A DNA stretch of 64,000 nucleotides, from assembly GCF_058153355.1 (NCBI RefSeq), contig NZ_CM177019.1; one strand, given 5' to 3'. Below, piece by piece: positions 22,963-33,764 of this stretch. Positions within the stretch are counted from its first letter, which is position 1; every line of letters starts with the position of its first letter. The translations under genes were made by a program, and so were the position numbers. The notes beneath the pieces were generated by a model. That model saw only the letters and a program-made list of their open reading frames with translations, was not told the DNA's origin and did no database searches.

Positions 22963-24228
22963 TTACGGTTTGAAGTCCAATGGCGCATTTTTGAACACTT
23001 CATATACTGCCTGGCTTGGTGGTTTCGGGATCTTCGCAAGTTTAGCTGCTGCCAACGCAGCCTGACAAAGTGCGGGATCGCCACCTTCAGGTTTGATATC
23101 CAGTAACATACCATCGGGTGCCAGTTTTATGCGCAGCGTACAGGTCTTGCCTGCATAGGACGATGCGTCATAGAACTTACTTTCGATAGCAGATTTAATC
23201 TGCCCGGCATAGTTATTGATATCGGCCCCTGATGCGCCATTGTTTTTAGTATTACCACTCCCGGCAGGCGAAGCATTGTTCCCTTTCGCCCCTCCCCCCG
23301 TTTTCGGTGCATTCTTACCAGAGCTTAGCTCACCGAAAATATCATCTGCCTCTGCGGCCGCTTTTGCTGCAGCGGCTTTTTCAGCTGCAGCTTTTGCCGC
23401 TGCCGCTTTTTTGTCTGCGGCGGCTTTTTCTGCCGCTGCTTTCTTATCAGCTGCTGCCTTTTCAGCAGCCGCTTTTTCTGCTGCTTTTTTGTCGGCTGCA
23501 GCTTTCTCTGCCGCTGCTTTCTTATCAGCTGCAGCCTTTTCAGCAGCCGCTTTCTTCTCAGCTTCTGCCTTGGCTTTTTCAGCAGCTTCAGTTGCCGCTT
23601 TCTTTCTTGCTTCAGCTGCAGCTGCTTCTGCCGCTTCCGCTTTCTTCTTCAGCGCCGCAGCGGCTGCTTCGGCTTTTTTCTGCGCTTCGGCTGCGGCTTT
23701 GGCGGCTTCTGCTTCTGCTTTTTTCTTCGCGTCTGCAGCCGCTTTCTTCGCTGCTTCTTCCGCAGCTTTTGCATCCGCTTCAGCCTTCGCTTTAGCATCT
23801 GCCGCCGCTTTCGCTGCCGCCTCTTCCGCTTGCTTCTGCTTTAACTCGGCCTGTTTTGCGGCTTCTTCAGCCTGCTTTTTCTGCTCCTGAGCCGCTAACC
23901 GCTCTTTCTCAAGTTGCTTCAGGCGTTCCTGTTCAGCCGCTTGTTTCTCACGCAGTTCTTCCGCAGCCTGCTGTTCCTTCATCTTGCGCTGCTCATCAGA
24001 ACGCTTAGCGCTTGATTCCTGGTTTTGCATGCGTTTGTACTGCTCAACTACCGCACCTGAATCAACCATTACAGCGTCGATGGACGAACCACCGCCGCCT
24101 CCGGCTGAAGCTTCTATATTCTCATCGAACGAACTCCAGATCAGCGCCACAAATAAGATGACATGCAGCACTGCTGAAATAATTATCGCCCGCTTGAGCT
24201 TGTCGTTTTGTTCGGTTGCCTTTGACAC
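22963..24228 (-). CDS. tolA: Tol-Pal system protein TolA
   Basis: 421-aa ORF: N-terminal TM anchor, long Ala/Lys/Glu-rich helical domain, C-terminal globular domain. Confidence 0.9.
   Translation of the reverse strand: MSKATEQNDKLKRAIIISAVLHVILFVALIWSSFDENIEASAGGGGGSSIDAVMVDSGAVVEQYKRMQNQESSAKRSDEQRKMKEQQAAEELREKQAAEQERLKQLEKERLAAQEQKKQAEEAAKQAELKQKQAEEAAAKAAADAKAKAEADAKAAEEAAKKAAADAKKKAEAEAAKAAAEAQKKAEAAAAALKKKAEAAEAAAAEARKKAATEAAEKAKAEAEKKAAAEKAAADKKAAAEKAAADKKAAEKAAAEKAAADKKAAAEKAAADKKAAAAKAAAEKAAAAKAAAEADDIFGELSSGKNAPKTGGGAKGNNASPAGSGNTKNNGASGADINNYAGQIKSAIESKFYDASSYAGKTCTLRIKLAPDGMLLDIKPEGGDPALCQAALAAAKLAKIPKPPSQAVYEVFKNAPLDFKP
23300..23900 (-). repeat. imperfect tandem repeats encoding the TolA Ala/Lys/Glu-rich helical domain
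   Basis: Repeated gctgc/ttt-rich units; translated AAEKAAADKKAAAEKAAADKKAA... Confidence 0.6.
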
Positions 24229-24292
24229 TCTCGGTTTCCAAAAACTGTTCGCCTGTTACCCGCTCTCTTTCAAGCAAGGGAAACGCAGATGT

Positions 24293-24721
24293 TTAGATAG
24301 GCTGCGTCATTAAACCAACCGATTTCACACCCGCACTATGTAACAAGTTCAGTGCTTTAATTATTTCATCGTAAGGCACATCTTTTGCGCCACCGATCAG
24401 AAAGACCGTTTTCGGGTTGGCCTTGAAACGGCTGGACACTTCCGCCACCACCTGCTCTGGTGGTAAACGCTCCAGGCGATCTTTCTCAACCACCACGGTG
24501 TACTGACCAATACCAGACACTTCAACAATCACTGGCGGATTATCGTTACTGCTCACCGCCTGTGATTCAGTAGCGTCTGGCAGATCGACCTCCACGCTCT
24601 GGGTGATGATGGGCGCTGTCGCCATAAAGATCAGCAACAGCACCAGCAGTACGTCCAGCAACGGTACAATGTTGATTTCGGACTTGAGATCGCGACGACC
24701 TCGTCCACGCGCTCTGGCCAT
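24293..24721 (-). CDS. tolR: Tol-Pal system protein TolR
   Basis: 142-aa ORF MARARGRGRRDLKSEINIVPLLDVLLVLLLIFM... Confidence 0.95.
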   Translation of the reverse strand: MARARGRGRRDLKSEINIVPLLDVLLVLLLIFMATAPIITQSVEVDLPDATESQAVSSNDNPPVIVEVSGIGQYTVVVEKDRLERLPPEQVVAEVSSRFKANPKTVFLIGGAKDVPYDEIIKALNLLHSAGVKSVGLMTQPI

Positions 24722-24724
24722 GGC

Positions 24725-25818
<1,094 letters not shown>

Positions 25819-25967
25819 TTTACATCCCGGTAATGCAACAAAAGTTAGAGCTTTTAAACGCTGCTACTATACGCGCGCGATTGAGGTTTGGGAATGAGGG
25901 CAAGTTAAGGGAGCGTAAAAATTTATGGGCCTGAAGCGGCCCATAAATTTTTAAAGAGAATTCTGAT

Positions 25968-26261
25968 TTAAAAGAAGAAGAAAATCAGCCCGACAATGAG
26001 AACAATATCGGCAAGCAAAGGGCAAAAAATCCCTTGCCAGAGAACCTTCTGCGGACGAAAGCCCACGCCGTGAATAACACCAGCACAGACGGCCCACATC
26101 AGCAATAAACCATGCCAGATTTCCAGTTCACTGGTCTTCGCGGCGAAACGTGACGGGTCCCAAAACATACATCCTGCTAACAGAAGCGCCATCACGAAGG
26201 AAAGCGCCCGCAGGGGGCGCTTGTCCATTACCGCATACAAGGTTGCGATAATCTTACTCAT
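25968..26261 (-). CDS. ybgE: small membrane protein YbgE
   Basis: 97-aa hydrophobic ORF immediately downstream of cydX. Confidence 0.8.
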   Translation of the reverse strand: MSKIIATLYAVMDKRPLRALSFVMALLLAGCMFWDPSRFAAKTSELEIWHGLLLMWAVCAGVIHGVGFRPQKVLWQGIFCPLLADIVLIVGLIFFFF

Positions 26262-26374
26262 CAGATGTCTTCTTGACCGGCTTTGCCTGATTCGACGTGC
26301 TCAAGCGCCAGCGCGGTGATTACCCCAAACGAACAGGCAAGAAGCGTTCCCAGAATCCATGCGAAATACCACAT
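26261..26374 (-). CDS. cydX: cytochrome bd-I small subunit CydX (YbgT), 37 aa
   Basis: Not in ORF track; reverse complement translates MWYFAWILGTLLACSFGVITALALEHVESGKAGQEDI; its TGA shares one nucleotide with the ybgE ATG (TGATG on the coding strand). Confidence 0.8.
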   Translation of the reverse strand: MWYFAWILGTLLACSFGVITALALEHVESGKAGQEDI

Positions 26375-26388
26375 TTTTAGCTCCTTAC

Positions 26389-27528
26389 TTAGTACAGAGA
26401 GTGGGTGTTACGTTCAATATCTTCTTTGGTGATACGACCGAACATTTTCCAGTAACACCAGGCGGTGTAGAGCAGAATGATCGGTACCAGAACCACCGCA
26501 ACCCAGGTCATGACGTTAAGTGTCAGCTGGCTGGAAGTTGCATCCCACATTGTCAGACTTGCGTTCATCATGGTGCTGGACGGCATCACAAACGGGAACA
26601 TTGCGATACCGGCAGTCAGGATGATGCAGGCCAGCGTCAGGGAGGAGAACACAAACGCCCACGCGGCTTTATCCATACGTGCAGTCAGAATGGTCAGCAG
26701 AGGCAGAACCACACCCAGTGCCGGAATAGCCCACAGAATTGGCGTGTTGTTGAAGTTAACCAGCCATGCGCCAGCTTCACGAACCACTTCTTTATTCAGC
26801 GGGTTAGAGGCTGCGTAATGGTCCATTGTCGATTTCACGACATAACCATCGATACCGTACATCACCCATACGCCAGCCAGTGCGAAACAGATCAGTGTCA
26901 CCAGTGCCGCCACCTGAGCCGTTGCACGGGTACGCAGGTGCAGTTCGCCCACGGTACGCATTTGCAGATAGGTTGCGCCCTGAGTAATGATCATCCCTAC
27001 GCTCACCACGCCTGCCAGCAGGCCGAACGGGTTAAGCAGCTGGAAGAAGTTACCGGTGTAGTACAGACGCAGATATTCATCAACGTTGAACGGTACGCCC
27101 TGCAACAGGTTACCGAACGCTACACCAATCACCAGCGGCGGAACGAAGCTACCAATGAAGATGCCCCAGTCCCACATGTTACGCCAGCGGGTTTCTTCAA
27201 TCTTGGAGCGGTAGTCAAAACCGACCGGACGGAAGAACAAAGACGCCAGCACGAGGATCATCGCCACATAGAAGCCGGAGAACGCAGCGGCATAGACCAT
27301 CGGCCAGGCAGCAAACAGTGCGCCGCCTGCGGTGATCAGCCAAACCTGGTTACCGTCCCAGTGTGGTGCGATGGAGTTAATCATAATTCGACGCTCGGTG
27401 TCGTTACGACCGAGGAAACGGGTGAGCATGCCCACCCCCATGTCGAAACCGTCAGTGACTGCAAAACCAATCAGCAGAACGCCAACCAGCAGCCACCAGA
27501 TAAAACGCAATACTTCATAATCGATCAT
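26389..27528 (-). CDS. cydB: cytochrome bd-I ubiquinol oxidase subunit II
   Basis: 379-aa polytopic membrane ORF MIDYEVLRFIWWLLVGVLLIGFAVTDGFDMGVG... Confidence 0.95.
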   Translation of the reverse strand: MIDYEVLRFIWWLLVGVLLIGFAVTDGFDMGVGMLTRFLGRNDTERRIMINSIAPHWDGNQVWLITAGGALFAAWPMVYAAAFSGFYVAMILVLASLFFRPVGFDYRSKIEETRWRNMWDWGIFIGSFVPPLVIGVAFGNLLQGVPFNVDEYLRLYYTGNFFQLLNPFGLLAGVVSVGMIITQGATYLQMRTVGELHLRTRATAQVAALVTLICFALAGVWVMYGIDGYVVKSTMDHYAASNPLNKEVVREAGAWLVNFNNTPILWAIPALGVVLPLLTILTARMDKAAWAFVFSSLTLACIILTAGIAMFPFVMPSSTMMNASLTMWDATSSQLTLNVMTWVAVVLVPIILLYTAWCYWKMFGRITKEDIERNTHSLY

Positions 27529-27543
27529 TTGACGACTCCTGTC

Positions 27544-29112
27544 TTAGCGTGCCGGCTGAGTAGTCGTGGAAGACTGCTCAAAGTGATAGCGACCGGTTTT
27601 CAGGCTGCTTGGGCCGAGGCGTGCAAACTTGAACATTAAGAACAATTCTGCCACCAGGAACAGGGTATACAGGCCGCAAATCAGCACCATCGAGAAGATG
27701 AGATCGCCTGCGGTCAGTGACGAGTTCGCTACAGCTGTCGGCAGCACTTCACCGATAGCCCAAGGCTGGCGACCATATTCAGCCACGAACCAGCCCGCTT
27801 CTACAGCAATCCACGGCAACGGAATACCGTACAATGCGGCGCGCAGCAGCCATTTTTTCTCGCCAATACGGTTGCGGATGACACTCCAGAAAGAGAGCGC
27901 GATGATTGCCAGCAGCAGGAAGCCACACGCCACCATGATACGGAACGCGAAGTACAGCGGCGCTACACGTGGAATGGAGTCTTTGGTTGCCTGTTGAATC
28001 TGCGCTTCAGTCGCATCCGCCACGTTTGGCGTATAGCGTTTCAGCAGCAGACCGTAACCGAGGTCTTTCTTCATGCTATTGAACTGGTCACGAACCGCCT
28101 GGTCGGTAGAACCAGAACGCAGTTGCTCGAGCAGAGAGTACGCCTTCATCCCGTTACGGATGCGTTCTTCATGCTGCACCATCAGCTCTTTCAGGCCGAT
28201 AACCGGAGTATCCACGGAACGCGTGGCGATAATGCCCAGTGCGTAAGGGATTTGGATCGCAAATTTGTTCGTCTGCTCATCCTGATCAGGAATACCGAAC
28301 AGAGTAAAGGCAGCAGGCGCAGGTTGCGTTTCCCACTCGGCTTCAATAGCAGCCAGTTTGGTTTTCTGCACGTCGCCCATTTCATAACCAGATTCATCAC
28401 CCAGAACAATAACAGACAGAACGGCAGCCATACCGAAGCTGGCAGCGATAGCAAAGGAGCGTTTAGCGAAGGCGAAGTCACGACCTTTCAGCATATACCA
28501 TGCGCTGATACCGAGGATGAACATCGCGCCAGTCACATAACCAGACGCTACCGTGTGAACGAATTTCACCTGAGCAACCGGGTTAAGCACCAGCTCGGAG
28601 AAGCTCACCATCTCCATACGCATAGTTTCAAAGTTGAAATCGGATGCGATTGGGTTTTGCATCCAGCCGTTCGCAACCAGAATCCACAGTGCGGACAGGT
28701 TTGAACCAAGCGCCACCAGCCAGGTGACACACATATGCTGAACTTTACCCAGACGATCCCAACCGAAGAAGAACAGACCTACAAAGGTGGATTCGAGGAA
28801 GAAGGCCATCAGACCTTCGATTGCCAGCGGCGCACCGAAGATATCCCCTACATAGTGGGAATAGTAAGACCAGTTAGTCCCGAACTGGAACTCCATGGTC
28901 AGACCGGTTGCCACACCCAGAGCGAAGTTGATACCAAACAACTTGCCCCAGAACTTGGTCATATCTTTATAAATCTGTTTGCCGGAAAGGACGTAGACCG
29001 TTTCCATAATGGCCAGCAGGAACGCCATACCGAGCGTCAGTGGCACAAAAAGGAAGTGGTACATCGCGGTCAAGGCAAACTGTAAGCGCGACAGTTCGAC
29101 TATATCTAACAT
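27544..29112 (-). CDS. cydA: cytochrome bd-I ubiquinol oxidase subunit I
   Basis: ORF 27544..29115; second Met ([28 protein letters not shown]...) gives 522 aa. Confidence 0.95.
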   Translation of the reverse strand: MLDIVELSRLQFALTAMYHFLFVPLTLGMAFLLAIMETVYVLSGKQIYKDMTKFWGKLFGINFALGVATGLTMEFQFGTNWSYYSHYVGDIFGAPLAIEGLMAFFLESTFVGLFFFGWDRLGKVQHMCVTWLVALGSNLSALWILVANGWMQNPIASDFNFETMRMEMVSFSELVLNPVAQVKFVHTVASGYVTGAMFILGISAWYMLKGRDFAFAKRSFAIAASFGMAAVLSVIVLGDESGYEMGDVQKTKLAAIEAEWETQPAPAAFTLFGIPDQDEQTNKFAIQIPYALGIIATRSVDTPVIGLKELMVQHEERIRNGMKAYSLLEQLRSGSTDQAVRDQFNSMKKDLGYGLLLKRYTPNVADATEAQIQQATKDSIPRVAPLYFAFRIMVACGFLLLAIIALSFWSVIRNRIGEKKWLLRAALYGIPLPWIAVEAGWFVAEYGRQPWAIGEVLPTAVANSSLTAGDLIFSMVLICGLYTLFLVAELFLMFKFARLGPSSLKTGRYHFEQSSTTTQPAR

Positions 29113-29115
29113 CAT

Positions 29116-29916
29116 GACTCCTTGCTCATCGCATGAAGACTCCGAGAGTGAACCCCGTTAGAAAGGGTCACACGCATGCCCCAATACAAAATTATTTGCT
29201 CGCCTCTATCGTTGCCATTTCATCAAAAGAGGAAAAGACAATGATAAAAAAGTTACAAACATGTTAATGAATAAACCAAATTGATCCCGTAATTATATTA
29301 CGCCGCAAAATCCTTACAATAAACAGGTTTTTATTGAGCAAATTTGCATTTTTCGACAGTGATCAATTTATAGCGAAATTGTCACGATCTCACCAATTTG
29401 ATCTACGACAATTTATCGTGTTTTGCAGATTTTTTTCAAGAATTAAAAATTGATTTATATCAAAACCAACCAAATGTGTTAATTATGTATAAACCATAGA
29501 TCATTGGTGATTTTATTGTTAATTTATTGTGAAATGTTTATGCAACACAATTATTACAATGAAAAGGTATAGATAAAAAACCAGTGTTTTATTTAACAGA
29601 ACCGCCTTATCCACTTTTTATAATACCAATTGATTAGAGTAGCCAATTTGTTGCTATTTTACATAACATATTTTTATCAAAGTTAATTGATTGTTGCCTT
29701 TATGAGCATCGCCGTAAGACCGCCATGTTATTGTTTCATTTGTAATAATCACCAATAAGTATCGATGAGAGAGATATCGCTTAACAGAGGCGACTATGTC
29801 TGCATGAACACAGGCAACTTTCGCCTGATAAACGAAAAATGAGCGATTTTTGCAAGTTAGTTTTTCTATAGCCGGGTACGCTGAGCGCCTCGCTTGATTA
29901 CAATGAGGTTGCTGCC
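29116..29916. promoter_or_regulatory. long AT-rich cydAB control region
   Basis: 801-bp AT-rich non-coding region upstream of cydA with multiple TTGAT-type half-sites. Confidence 0.6.
29450..29463. promoter_or_regulatory. FNR-type binding site
   Basis: Perfect TTGAT-TTAT-ATCAA palindrome about 340 bp upstream of cydA start. Confidence 0.6.
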
Positions 29917-30861
29917 ATGGGTCTTGATAATATAGGTTCTGTTGTCAATCGCTTCTCTGGTTGGCCATCAAATGATCCTCTAAAAACAGATAACGAATCA
30001 ATGACATCACCCGTGACTGTGCAGGTAATAAAGTTGATTGCCGCCATCCTTGACCCACATCGGATAGTCGTTGGTATCGATACACTTTACACAACGCAGC
30101 GCAAAACATTTACCTCAGAGGGTCAACAGCTCATTGAATCAGCATTGCAAACACTTCATGTGATGAATTTAAATAACCTGGAAACAAATCTCGATGAGGA
30201 AGGTCACTATCTGGCTTTTGGATATAACGTTGACACTCCTGACAGAATAACCGTTTCTGCTTATAATGAAAAAAAACCTTTCTGTTATGGCCAATGTCTT
30301 TTAATACAGGATGAAGAACCAGATTTATTTAACCTGGTAAAAATTAAAACCTTTGAAGCCAGGCATAATTATGTTTCTAAATTGATGAGCGATCCGGAAT
30401 TTATGTTTAAATTCAGTTATAGCGCCCAACAAAATAGATTAGAACCTCATCTTCTGGTTCCCACTTATTTCCCTCTGAAAACAAACCAACCGGTTACGCT
30501 AGAGGATGTACTGATACTTTATCGTTTCTTTAAAATGAATGGCGATTTTAATATATTAACATCAGATGAATACATGAGTATCATGACACCTCTGATGAAG
30601 TGTGAGCGTAGTGTCCACGACCATAACAGGTATGTGACGGGCAAAGATGCTCTTCTTCTGGACAATCCTCCGTCTGGTAACCAGATATATTTCCATATTT
30701 CCCCTGACGAATCAGCAACACTTGTCCTTTATTTTTCAGACAATAACCTTGAATCCTTCGTCTTTGAAAATGATATTCCGAGCCAGTATCGACATTTCAA
30801 AATGTTTACCAATTTAGCACTAGTTATTGATCAGTTAACCGACGCCAATCAAATACTTTAA
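29917..30861 (+). CDS. hypothetical protein, 314 aa, no family recognised
   Basis: Long ORF in AT-rich DNA with GAGG 9 nt upstream of ATG; no signal peptide, no TM segment and no motif I recognise; true start may be an internal Met. Confidence 0.5.
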   Translation: MGLDNIGSVVNRFSGWPSNDPLKTDNESMTSPVTVQVIKLIAAILDPHRIVVGIDTLYTTQRKTFTSEGQQLIESALQTLHVMNLNNLETNLDEEGHYLAFGYNVDTPDRITVSAYNEKKPFCYGQCLLIQDEEPDLFNLVKIKTFEARHNYVSKLMSDPEFMFKFSYSAQQNRLEPHLLVPTYFPLKTNQPVTLEDVLILYRFFKMNGDFNILTSDEYMSIMTPLMKCERSVHDHNRYVTGKDALLLDNPPSGNQIYFHISPDESATLVLYFSDNNLESFVFENDIPSQYRHFKMFTNLALVIDQLTDANQIL

Positions 30862-30942
30862 TTTTCTATATATCCCCTATGGTAAATATTACTAAACAAT
30901 ACCTGGGGATTAATTTTTATTACTCACGGAAAGATTTAAATA

Positions 30943-31365
30943 ATGATACCATCTCAGATTTCTTTCAATACTCTTCCTGTCAATGCAACATACGCTTCAG
31001 AGACAACAGTTGACACACAAAAATTCTCTGACATCCTCTACTCTGCGGGGTGTTCCCTAAAGGATCTGGCTTATCTGAGCAGATGTCTGGCATCAATACA
31101 TCCGACTATCGCCAAAAACATTTATGAAACAGAAAATCTCAGCGTTCAAAAATTACTGCATATTGATTGCCGTAGTACAAATGAAATCAAGATAAATATC
31201 TTTTTTGGTCAGCAACGAGAAGGATTAATTGAAATTAGTTCTGACACAGTCATTTTTTCGATACTGTCTTCATTGATTGACTCAGCTATTTCTGAACATC
31301 GACATCAAATCACCGTTAACGATTCAAATAATTCTGAACTATTTTATGAGGATTATACTGATTAA
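30943..31365 (+). CDS. hypothetical protein, 140 aa, acidic C-terminus
   Basis: ORF 81 bp downstream of the 314-aa ORF, same strand and same AT-rich composition; ends ...ELFYEDYTD. Confidence 0.45.
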   Translation: MIPSQISFNTLPVNATYASETTVDTQKFSDILYSAGCSLKDLAYLSRCLASIHPTIAKNIYETENLSVQKLLHIDCRSTNEIKINIFFGQQREGLIEISSDTVIFSILSSLIDSAISEHRHQITVNDSNNSELFYEDYTD

Positions 31366-31908
31366 ATCCACTCTGTGCGAACCTGTCCTGCATTTATGCC
31401 AGAAGTATTAGAATCTTTGCTTAACGTTACTCATACAGTAGCACCTTCATGTACTTCTCTTTTTTACGAAAAATCAAAAGAGCTAACAAAGGTCATTCTT
31501 CGCATGGATCATTAATTATTTGTTATTTTCAACATTATTTTTACATTAAGCATATATGAATTGCAGTGAAATTCGACTTAACTTTTATGAAATGCATTTA
31601 CTCATGGCTAAAAAATCTCCCCAAAATGCAAATTAGAAGTTGATCACAATTATCTCAATACATCAAATCAAGTTAATTTTAAAAATTTAACATTCATGAC
31701 ATTAGTTGACGTAACACGCTGAATTAAAATGAGAATTTAAAAACACACTTTAAACAATCATTTCCCGAAAGACATTTTGAAAATAGATCAATTGCAACAT
31801 TACGGTCAGATAAAGACACTCCTCTGATATTAAACCTGTGCCGTTATGAACGGCCATAAATACGACGTGTGTAACTTAATTTACTCTCTGTCTTACAAAG
31901 GATTACCC

Positions 31909-32358
31909 ATGAAGAAAGCAACACTTGTGATTGGCGTTATTGGCGCGGACTGCCATGCAGTAGGCAATAAAGTTCTGGACCGCGTTTTTAGCAACCATGA
32001 CTTCAGAGTCATTAATCTGGGCGTAATGGTCAGCCAGGACGAATATATTGATGCTGCCATTGAAACTGGCGCTGACGCGATTGTCGTCTCCTCTATCTAT
32101 GGGCATGGCGATATCGATTGTCTGGGCATGCGCGAACGCTGCATCGAGCGTGGGCTGGGTAACATCATGCTCTATGTGGGCGGTAACCTGGTGGTCGGAA
32201 AACATGACTTCGCTGACGTGGAAACCAAGTTCAAAGAGATGGGATTTGATCGCGTCTTTTCCCCAAGTCATGACTTAGAAGATGTTTGTCAGCTGATGGC
32301 CCACGATATCACCCAACGTCATGACGTTGATACTCGCATTCTTGAAGAGGCAATCTGA
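31909..32358 (+). CDS. glutamate mutase sigma (S) subunit, B12-binding
   Basis: ORF 31846..32358; start at ATG 31909 (AAGGA 8 nt upstream); [24 protein letters not shown]... with the DxHxxG cobalamin-binding motif (DCHAVG). Confidence 0.85.
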   Translation: MKKATLVIGVIGADCHAVGNKVLDRVFSNHDFRVINLGVMVSQDEYIDAAIETGADAIVVSSIYGHGDIDCLGMRERCIERGLGNIMLYVGGNLVVGKHDFADVETKFKEMGFDRVFSPSHDLEDVCQLMAHDITQRHDVDTRILEEAI

Positions 32359-33746
32359 TGCAAATCGTCTCTGTCGATATTGGATCGACGTGGACCAAAG
32401 CAGCCCTCTTCACCCGGGAGGGGGACGCGTTAACGTTGGTTAACCACGTTCTGACCCCAACCACCACCCATCATCTGGCGAAAGGGTTTTTCTCCAGCCT
32501 GGACCAGGTGTTAAACGTAGATGATGCCCTCCCCCTGTTAAACAGTGGTGAGGTTGCATTGAAGTATTCCTCCTCTGCCGAAGGTGGGCTGGCGGTTGCC
32601 GCAATGGGATTGGTGCCTTCTATCACCCTGGAAACCGCGAAAGTAACCGCTCACTCTGCGGGTGCTAAAATTGCGCAATATTACGCCTACAAGCTGAACC
32701 GCCGTGATATCCAGGCACTGGAAGAAACGCAGCCCGATATTCTCTTGTTCACCGGCGGCACCGACGGCGGAGAAGAAAGCTACGGACTGAATAACGCCCG
32801 TGTGCTGGCAGAATCCAAACTCGACTGCGCCATTATTTATGCCGGAAACCGGGATATTCAGGATAAGGTGCAGGAGATCCTCGGGCATAAAGACCTGACC
32901 ATCGTCGACAACGTTCTGCCCGATCTTGACCATCCGAACCCTTTAGCTGCACGCCAGGCTATCTGCGACATATTCCTTAAACGCATCGTTAAAGGGAAAG
33001 GGCTGGATGTCATTGTTGATAAAACAGGCGAAGAACCAATGCCGACACCATGGACGGTCTTTGAACTGGTTAAGGCAATCAGTAACGTCGATCACAGCTG
33101 GAAAGAGTTCATGCTGATCGACATGGGCGGCGCAACCACCGATGTCTATTCCGCCTGTGCCAACACGCTCTCGCCCGACACTGTTTTACATGGCGTACCG
33201 GAACCCTTCGTAAAACGGACGGTGGAAGGCGATCTGGGAATGCGCGTCTCGGCAATGGTTGTTGGTGAAAGTGCGAAAGAGTTAGTCAGTGTGAATTTTG
33301 CTCAGCAACCCGCACAGTTGGACGCTTTTTATCATTACCTCCGTCATCTAGTCGCTCATCCCGACTACTTACCCGCGAATGCAGATGAAAAATATTTCGA
33401 TACCGTCCTGGCCGGACTGTGTGTGGGTTATGCCACCGAAAGACATGCGGGCACCAAAAAAGAGGTCTGCACCTGCGTCGGCAATGTCGATTTACAGATG
33501 GGACGTGATCTGACAACCGTGCGTAAAGTCGTGGGTTCCGGCGGATGGCTCTCACGTGCCAGTCAGTTCGATATGCATCACTGGTTGAAATACCGCGAGT
33601 TAAACGACGACGGTAAACGCATTCTCTTACCGACCGAATTTGAATATTACCGCGATTACCGGGGGCTATTACCACTGCTGGCAAACGTCGCCAGAGTCGA
33701 TCCGCTGGCCGCCGCGCGCACCAGTATTCAATGCTTAACCCTATAA
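32358..33746 (+). CDS. glutamate mutase L component (ASKHA-fold putative reactivase/chaperone)
   Basis: 462-aa ORF with TGATG overlap to the S-subunit gene; N-terminal [18 protein letters not shown] actin-like ATPase motif; sits between S and E genes. Confidence 0.75.
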   Translation: MQIVSVDIGSTWTKAALFTREGDALTLVNHVLTPTTTHHLAKGFFSSLDQVLNVDDALPLLNSGEVALKYSSSAEGGLAVAAMGLVPSITLETAKVTAHSAGAKIAQYYAYKLNRRDIQALEETQPDILLFTGGTDGGEESYGLNNARVLAESKLDCAIIYAGNRDIQDKVQEILGHKDLTIVDNVLPDLDHPNPLAARQAICDIFLKRIVKGKGLDVIVDKTGEEPMPTPWTVFELVKAISNVDHSWKEFMLIDMGGATTDVYSACANTLSPDTVLHGVPEPFVKRTVEGDLGMRVSAMVVGESAKELVSVNFAQQPAQLDAFYHYLRHLVAHPDYLPANADEKYFDTVLAGLCVGYATERHAGTKKEVCTCVGNVDLQMGRDLTTVRKVVGSGGWLSRASQFDMHHWLKYRELNDDGKRILLPTEFEYYRDYRGLLPLLANVARVDPLAAARTSIQCLTL

Positions 33747-33764
33747 CAATTAAGGCTGCAATCA

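Noticed and set aside
23216-23890. Plus-strand ORFs of 224 and 162 aa with Ala/Leu/Phe/Ser-rich repetitive translations
   Set aside because: Out-of-frame or antisense readings of the tolA repeat region; not independent genes.
29917-30861. Type III secreted effector or nucleotidyltransferase-type defence protein assignment for the 314-aa ORF
   Set aside because: No recognisable catalytic motif (such as GS...DxD), no similarity to effectors I can recall, and no secretion-system genes nearby; kept as hypothetical.
31366-31908. Cobalamin riboswitch upstream of the B12-dependent mutase operon
   Set aside because: Attractive on functional grounds, but the region is extremely AT-rich and I could not identify a B12-box-like conserved core by eye; left as unproven rather than annotated.
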